64,000 nucleotides of DNA, from the NCBI RefSeq assembly GCF_009914755.1, contig NC_060929.1; one strand, 5' to 3'. The position numbers and the translations under genes are program-made. The stretch comes from the human T2T-CHM13v2.0 reference genome, Homo sapiens. The first letter of the stretch is position 1. The number at the start of each line of letters is the position of its first letter. The notes under the pieces were generated by a model that was not told the DNA's origin, did no database searches, and saw only the letters and a program-made list of their open reading frames with translations. Positions 53,751 through 64,000 of the stretch are shown here, one piece after another.

Positions 53751-56462
53751 TAAAGCAATTTTAACAAGAGGATTTCAGAACTGTGCTTATTAACAGCAGC
53801 CTCAATAGATTAACTTTGAGGCTTGATCTGAATGTATATGATTTCAGATATTTGCTAAAACACCAAACACACATAAACTTACTCTTGATATTTCATAGGC
53901 ATTGCTTGTAAAAGAAGCATTTGTGAAGGATCACAGGGCCCTGCATAGAGTAACCTTTTTTTCTTGTCCCTCAAGGCTTTATGCCCAAGTATCTTTCTGT
54001 TGCTAAAATCATTGATTTGGGTTTTGCCACTTACTTAATCTTGGTCCTCAAATCGAGTTGCCCAAGCACATTGCTGACTTTACCCTATAGCATCTGCCTG
54101 ACTTTTGTTATCTTAGTTGAACTTTTTGAGTAAAACTTTGGGCCCATTTACTAGCCTCCTTCCTATTTTATCAGCTTTTCTTATGTCATCTGCCCTGTGG
54201 CTGCACAAGTCCTAACATGATCTTTATCTCTCTCAATTAAAATGAGACTATCACTTGCATTGACAAATTTAGTTGGTTATTGTGATTATATGTTGTCAAA
54301 AGCCCAAAGACAAAACAAATTAGTAAATAATCATGCTGTTTGCAGCTTTCATTTCATATATACCTTACTTGATTTCCAGATGGAGAAATCTGATGTCTGT
54401 GGAAGGCCAGAAAGCTAAGAAAGTACTGAGTTCTCTTAGAGAAGATAAGAATGTAAACAGATATAATTAAAAGATTACAAAAGTTTTTCAAAAGTGTAAG
54501 CAGACAATGGGTCATAATACTGCCAGATATATTCAAAGCTAATTTATTTGGGAATGCTTAAGGTACTTTTATTTTTAAGTAAGAAAATGCTTATTGCTGT
54601 ATATTCTGAAAAAGTGTTGTGCATTTGTTCTCTGCATATTGAGAGGATTTTCAGCGGAAGCGTTACTGCTTTTGTGTGAGTTTAACTCTTCACACTTAAA
54701 TCTTTGCATCTGGAGAAGTTTAGGTTTAGAAGATCTTTCAACTGCTCTCCAACCAACTTCATTGCACATTGTATATCATTCTTTTGTGTCTTTTCTCTCT
54801 TCAATAGTGCACATGGCTCAGGTAAAGAGTAGATGTAAAAAAACATAAATACACCCTGGAAGTTTCTTGATTCTTCAAACCATCTTAAAATAGAATTTGT
54901 AAGCCTAAATTCACATTGAGTCTCAAAGTTTGTATATGGTTAATTTACTGTTCTATCTGTCTTGATGCTGAACCAATGTTTTTGTTTGTTTAATGTGAGT
55001 GGTCTTTCTAATCCCATTAAGTGGAAACAAAGTTTACAAATGTAAATCCATTTTACTTTGATTTAGTACTTTTGCAAGACCAGGCTTCACAAATCAAGGA
55101 CTGAACTTTGACAGCAAGAGTAGTTTCAAAAGGTGTTTTTCTCTCACCTTTGAGAGAAAAGGAGTAAGATCTTTCTAGGGATTTCTTTTTTTTTTTTTTT
55201 CCTCCAAAGATAAACACTAGTAGTATGGGAGGTTGAGGGGATTGGACTTGGCAGAGCCCTTTTGTTCAGAAGTAAATGTTGAGCCTACGCTGAGATCCTG
55301 CAGATGGAATACAATCTGTGAGATTATTCCTGTTGTTTTTCTACTACTATGTCAATTATCATTCTTTGAAGGGAAAAATTAACAGGGCCTCTGTTGGGCA
55401 TTGAGGAAAAAACTCTGGACTCTGGGTCAGAAGAAAGGAAACAAGCCATAACCACTTGGAGCCTCACTTCTCATATGTATAAAATAATAGCAATAGTGGT
55501 TAGTATTTATTGAGCAGATGGAACTTCTACTTCTAATCCTCACAATAGCCCACTTGAGTTTCTGGAATAATTTATTTAGTCAAATTTATGTGAAAATGCC
55601 TGCCATACTATATACTATTGTTCTGAAAATCAAATGGGGCAATTCATATAAAACTATCTGAAAATTAAAGTTACAATTTTCAATAGGAAGGACTCTTGTC
55701 TATCTTTCTTGAAATCATTTTTATAGCTGTTTTGCATAACTCAGTTGCTGTCAGAGAAAAAGAAGTTGTATACAAATTCCAAATAATAATTTGACACTAA
55801 TAAGCAATGTCAAAATAAGAACATAGAGTTAAACACTTTTTCCCTTGAGTAACAAACAACTTTGAAAAAGTCAGTGTAATACTTTTGACAGATATTATTA
55901 ACAGGAAATTGTGGAATTAGTATACTTAAAGTCTAGGGAGAAAAAATTTATATTTTTCTCAGGAACTCTAATAAATATATCATTATAGGAATAAATATGA
56001 ATCTAAAAAATAACCTAGTTAATATGACCAATAAAGAGTAATAATGGGTGGGAGATAAGTGTTTTTCTAAAATATGTTTATACTTTCATTTCAAAAGTTT
56101 ATACAACAAAATTATAATTCTTTTTATATTTTTGAAACAGTGTTAAAAATTATATAGCAAACATGAGACAGAGAGAGAGAGAGAGCTAAGCAAGTAGGAA
56201 TAAACTTTAGTCCTCAACCTCAGGTATGCAAAAATATATATATATTTTAAATTTTTCTACAACTTCATTTTTGATGCTGAGACTCCATGCTATCCATCTG
56301 GTAAAAAATTCAATTGTCTTCATTACTGGTGTCCTTCCTATCTTGATCCCCTGGTTCTTTTCCAGTGCCAAGGCATTGGGGGATGTTCATTGGTATAACT
56401 ATTTAATCATCCATTCCTCTGTTTGCACAACGTCTTCAGGTCTCTGTTGCTTCTATGCCAGA

Positions 56463-56822
56463 TGATTTGGTTTGGCTGTGTTCTTACCCAAATCTCATAT
56501 TGAACTGTAGCTCCTATAATTTCCATGTGTCCTGGGAGGGACCTGGTTGGAGGTAATTGAATCATGGGGGTGGGGCTTTCCCATTCTGTTCTCATGGTAG
56601 TAAGTCTCATGAGATCTGATGGTTTTATAAATGGGAGTTCCCCTGCACACGTTCTCTTGACTGCTACCATGTAAGATGTGACTTTGCTCCTCATTCATCT
56701 TCTGTCATGATTGTGAGGCCTCCCCAGCCATGTGGAACTGTGAGTCAATTAAACCTCTTTCCTTTTTAAATTACCCAGTCTCAGGTATGTCTTTATTAGC
56801 AGCATGATAACAGACTAATACA
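56463..56822 (+). mobile_element. THE1 (THE1C-like) MaLR solo LTR
   Basis: tgatttggtttggctgtgt...cagactaataca; TSD ccaga/ccagg. Confidence 0.9.
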
Positions 56823-57049
56823 CCAGGTTTTGATGAGAGAATGTTTTCCTATTTAATCTCATTCACATCAGAGATCTTGCTGCTTTCCTGGTTACACTGC
56901 CAGAAAACACAGATCTTTTTCTCACCTCCTTCACAAGCTCAGGGGATCTCTATTCTTGAGCGAGGGTCTCCCACCATCCATGGTATGATATTTTGAATAG
57001 ATAGTTAGTCTTCAGCTCTAAAACTCTTGCAATCTCCAGATTGATAAAA

Positions 57050-57779
57050 ATGTATTCTGTATGTTAGTGAGATGACTGGTGGCTGACCCCTAAATAGCCT
57101 CAGAATGGGGGCTTGTCACCAGAAAGACAAAGTCATGATTACAGGGTTGGGACTTTCAGCCCCATCTCCCAACTTTCAGAGAGGGGAGAGGGGCCAAAGG
57201 TTGAGGTGATCAACAATGGCCAATGATCTAATCCATATAGCCATGTAATGAAGCCTCCACAAAAAAACTAAAAGGACTGGGTTTGGGGAGCTTCTGGATA
57301 GCTGAACAAGTGGAGATTCCTGAAAGGTGGCACCCAAAGAGGGCATGGAAGCTTCATGCCCCTTCCCACGTGTCTTACCCTATCCATGTCTTTATCTGGC
57401 TCTTCATGTGTGTTCTTTGTAATACCTTTGTGATAAAAAAGTAAACACAAGTAAGTGTTTTCCTGACTTCTGTGAGCTGCTCTAGTAAATTAATCAAACT
57501 GGGAAAGAGATCATAGAAACCTTAATTTATAGTCAATTAGTCAGAAGCAAAGATAACAACCTGGGACTTGCAACTGGGGTCTGAGGTGGGTGCGGTCTTG
57601 TAACACCGAGCTCTTAAACTGTGGGAGCTGATGCTGCCTCCAGGTAGATACTGTCAGAATTGAATTGAATTAGAGGACACTCAGTTTGCTGGAGAATCTG
57701 GTGTCAGAAGTGTGTTGTGGTATGTGAGAGTAGAAAAAAAGCAAGCTTTTTTTTTCCTTTTTTTTTTTTAATATGGACA
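57050..57779 (+). mobile_element. MER21-family LTR
   Basis: 'gtcaccagaaagacaaagtcatgattacagggttgggactttcagcccc' and 'gtagatactgtcagaattgaattgaattagaggacactcag'. Confidence 0.8.
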
Positions 57780-58039
57780 CTCCTATCCTTGTGTATGTCC
57801 AGCACATACTGTCTTAATCTGTGAGTCTTCTTTTACATGCTTTAAACTTCCTTAAGACTTACATGTTTATAAAACAAAAGCCAGAAATATTTGCAGTTTA
57901 TTTCTGATTTCTGCCTCTGCTTCTATCCTCAAAACTGTTTCAACTGACAATTTTCTTAAAACAGATCAAAGGAGAGAGAAAAAAATGTATAATTTAGTGT
58001 AATATGTATAATTTTAGTATGTATAATTTAGTATCTCAC

Positions 58040-58472
58040 TGTGGTAGGATGAATAATCACCCCCAAAGACGTTCAAATTCTAATCACTAGAACCTGTGAA
58101 TGTCACCTTATATGGAAAAAGATGTTTTGAAGATGTGAGTAAATTAAGAATCTTGAGATTAAGAGATTATCCAGGTGGGTCTTATAAGATCCTTGTAACA
58201 AGGACCAGGAGAAGATAGAGTCAGAATAGTAGCAGGTGATAAGTTGATGGTAGCAGATACTGGAGTGGCATACTTTGACAATGGACCACAAGTCAAGGAA
58301 TACTCTTATAGAAGCTAAAAGGGAAGGAAACTGATTCTGCCTCCAGGTCCTCAAGATCCCCAGTGAAACTGATTTTTGACTGCTGACCTCCAGAACCATA
58401 AGAAAACAAATTTGTGACGTTTTAAATATCTAAATCTGTGGTGATTTGTTACAGCAACAGGAAACTACTAAA
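58040..58472 (+). mobile_element. MLT1D-like LTR
   Basis: tgtggtaggatgaataatcacccccaaagac...tgacctccagaacc...gtgatttgttacagcaacaggaaacta. Confidence 0.8.
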
Positions 58473-58989
58473 GTCAGAATCCTCTCACTTAAATGCTAAA
58501 AGTTCTCGAAACTCAAAGCTTGATAACAAATTCTTTTCTTACCTGTTTTCTCTTAACTGGAAGAATTAAGATATTCTTAAATACTTTTCTCTTCCATGTG
58601 ATATGTTAAATTATTTCTCTAAAGATTTCATATTTTAATATTAACAAACCTTGTTTTTCTTTGCAAAAATTACTATACGTCTTCAAAAAGCATTTAATAC
58701 AAGGACAAAGTTGGTCCCCATCCATGAAGTGCTCTGATAGTTTTAAATAGATTTGATCTTGATAGTTCCATATTTATTCATTAACTCAGAAAGAATGACA
58801 AACATTTATTGTTAACCCACTGCATTTTAGACCTTTTATCTAGTTCCTGTGGGCATAATGATAAATAGAAAGAAATAATCAAAACTACAAAATTATTAGT
58901 GCAATAATAGAAATATATGAAGAAAGCTCTGATGTTGCAGGGCTGAATCTTATGTGAAACAATGAACCAGTCCTAAGGTATTTACATTG

Positions 58990-59610
58990 TCCAAAATTGA
59001 GTGTAATCTCCTGAATTTACTTAGTTTGACCAATGGGGTATATGCAAGCATAATTCAAGTAGAGACTTGATGCACACTTGCTCATTGGAGCTTGTTGTTT
59101 AGTAAATCTTGCTCCTGAGATCCAGACACCATGTGAAGAAGTTCAAGCTAGTCATGTGGAAAAATCCAAATAGAGAGGGAAAGAGTTTCCACACTATTAA
59201 GGCATAGCACTTGGGCACTATAAAACTCATAGACAAAAGACTATCTCTAAGATATCTATTTGCATGGCTTTGGATCCTGCTAAAGAGCTATATATGGAGG
59301 AAGCTGTCTTGAATGCTCCAGCTCCAGCCACCATCTGACCACAAGCAAGAGCAGCACAAGAATGGTGCAGCTTAGCCCATGCCAACCTATAAAATTCTGA
59401 GCAAATAAAATGGTGGATGTTTTAACCCACTAAGTTTTGGACTGTTTGCTATGAAGCAATAGAAAATTGAAATAGAAATTAGTATCTGAAAGTAGGATAC
59501 CACTGTAATAATAACCGAATACAGGGGTAGTGGCTTTGGGACCGGACAGTAAGGAGATTGTTGAAGGAAGCTTGAAGTGCAGGAAGGAGATTGTTATTAA
59601 AAGGTGGAGG
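58990..59610 (+). mobile_element. MLT1 (G/H-like) LTR plus the start of MLT1-int
   Basis: LTR end 'ttttaacccactaagttttgg...gcaatagaaaattgaaata' (~59474) followed by internal 'gaaattagtatctgaaagtagg...gtggctttgggaccggacagt'. Confidence 0.65.
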
Positions 59611-59630
59611 GGGTAGATAAAACCACAAAG

Positions 59631-60671
59631 ATGGGAAAAAACAGAGCAGAAAAACTGGAAACTCTAAAAATCACAGCGCCTCTCCTCCTCCAAAGGAACG
59701 CAGCTCCTCACCAGCAACGGAACAAAGCTGGATGGAGAATGACTTTGATGAGTTGAGAGAAGAAGGCTTCAGACAATCAAACTACTCCGAGCTATAGGAG
59801 GAAATTCGAACCAATGGCAAAGAAGTTAAAAGCTTTGAAAAAAAATTAGACGAATGGATAACTAGAATAACCAATGCAGAGAAGTCCTCAGAGGACCTGA
59901 TGGAGCTGAAAACCAAGGCACGAGAGCTACGTGACGAATGCAGAAGCCTCAGTAGCCGATGCAATAACGGGAAGAAAGCCAATGCAATCAACTGATGCAA
60001 TGAACTGCAATCAGCGATGGAAGACGAAATGAATGAAATGAAGCATGAAGAGAAGTTTAGAGAAAAAAGAATAAAAAGAAACGAACAAAGCATCCAAGAA
60101 ATATGGAACTATGTGAAAAGACCAAATCTACGTTACATTGGTGTACCTGAAAGTGATGGGAAGAATGGAACCAAGTTGGAAAACACTCAGCAGGATATTA
60201 TACAGGAGAACTTCCCCAACCTAGCAAGGCAGGCCAACATTCAGATTCAGGAAATACAGAGAATGCCACAAAGATACTCCTTGAGAGAGCAACTCCAAGA
60301 CACATAATTGTCAGATTCACCAAAGTTGAAATGAAGGAAAAAATGTTCAGGGCAGCCAGAGAAAAAGGTCAGGTTACCTACAAAGAGAAGCCCATCAGAC
60401 TAACAGCTGATCTCTTGGCAGAAACTCTACAAGCCAGAAGAGAGTGGGGACCAATATTCAACATTCTTAAAGAAAAGAATTTTCAAACCAGAATCTCATA
60501 CCAGCCAAACAAAGCTTCATAAGTGAAGGAGGAATAAAATACTTTACAGACAAGCAAATGCTGAGAGATTTTGTCACCACCAGGCCCGCCCTACAAGAGC
60601 TCCTGAAGGAAGCACTAAACATGGAAAGGAACAACCAGTACCAGCCACTGCAAAAACATGCCAAATTGTAA
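59631..60671 (+). pseudogene. L1 ORF1p, disrupted by frameshifts and an insertion
   Basis: Fragments MEDEMNEMK...YVKRPNLR, MKEKMFRAAREKG...ARREWGPIF lie in different frames; terminal TAA at 60669-60671. Confidence 0.9.
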
Positions 60672-60734
60672 AGACCATCGAGGCTAGGAAGAAACTGCAT
60701 CAACTAACGAGCAAAATAACCAGCTAACATCATA

Positions 60735-64000
<3,266 letters not shown>

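Noticed and set aside
43936-56822. Two THE1 LTRs as the ends of one provirus
   Set aside because: Opposite orientation, different subfamilies, and each has its own TSD

Overview
AT-rich, CpG-poor primate (probably human or great-ape) genomic DNA, gene-poor and probably intergenic or deep-intronic. I find no supportable cellular protein-coding exon. Nearly all of the longer ORFs come from L1, Alu or LTR elements, or from low-complexity sequence. The window is a layered transposon record: ancient L2, MIR, L1M, MER and MLT/ERVL fossils, 8 Alu-family copies, a full-length 7SL retropseudogene with a GGAA-rich tail, THE1, MER39 and MER21 LTRs, and four L1PA/L1PB 3' fragments. Two of those fragments are twin-primed (5'-inverted) with nearly the same breakpoint. 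There is also a 968-bp HERV-K(HML-2) LTR5_Hs solo LTR, and a promoterless, inactivated L1PA that runs off the right edge. The most unusual items are mutational scars: a ~280-bp locally templated copy dropped into a TA-rich tract, serial templated micro-insertions, and a possible poly(T)/poly(A)-only insertion. I did not find convincing evidence of a new gene system. Subfamily names come from recalled consensus sequences and need RepeatMasker/Dfam confirmation.
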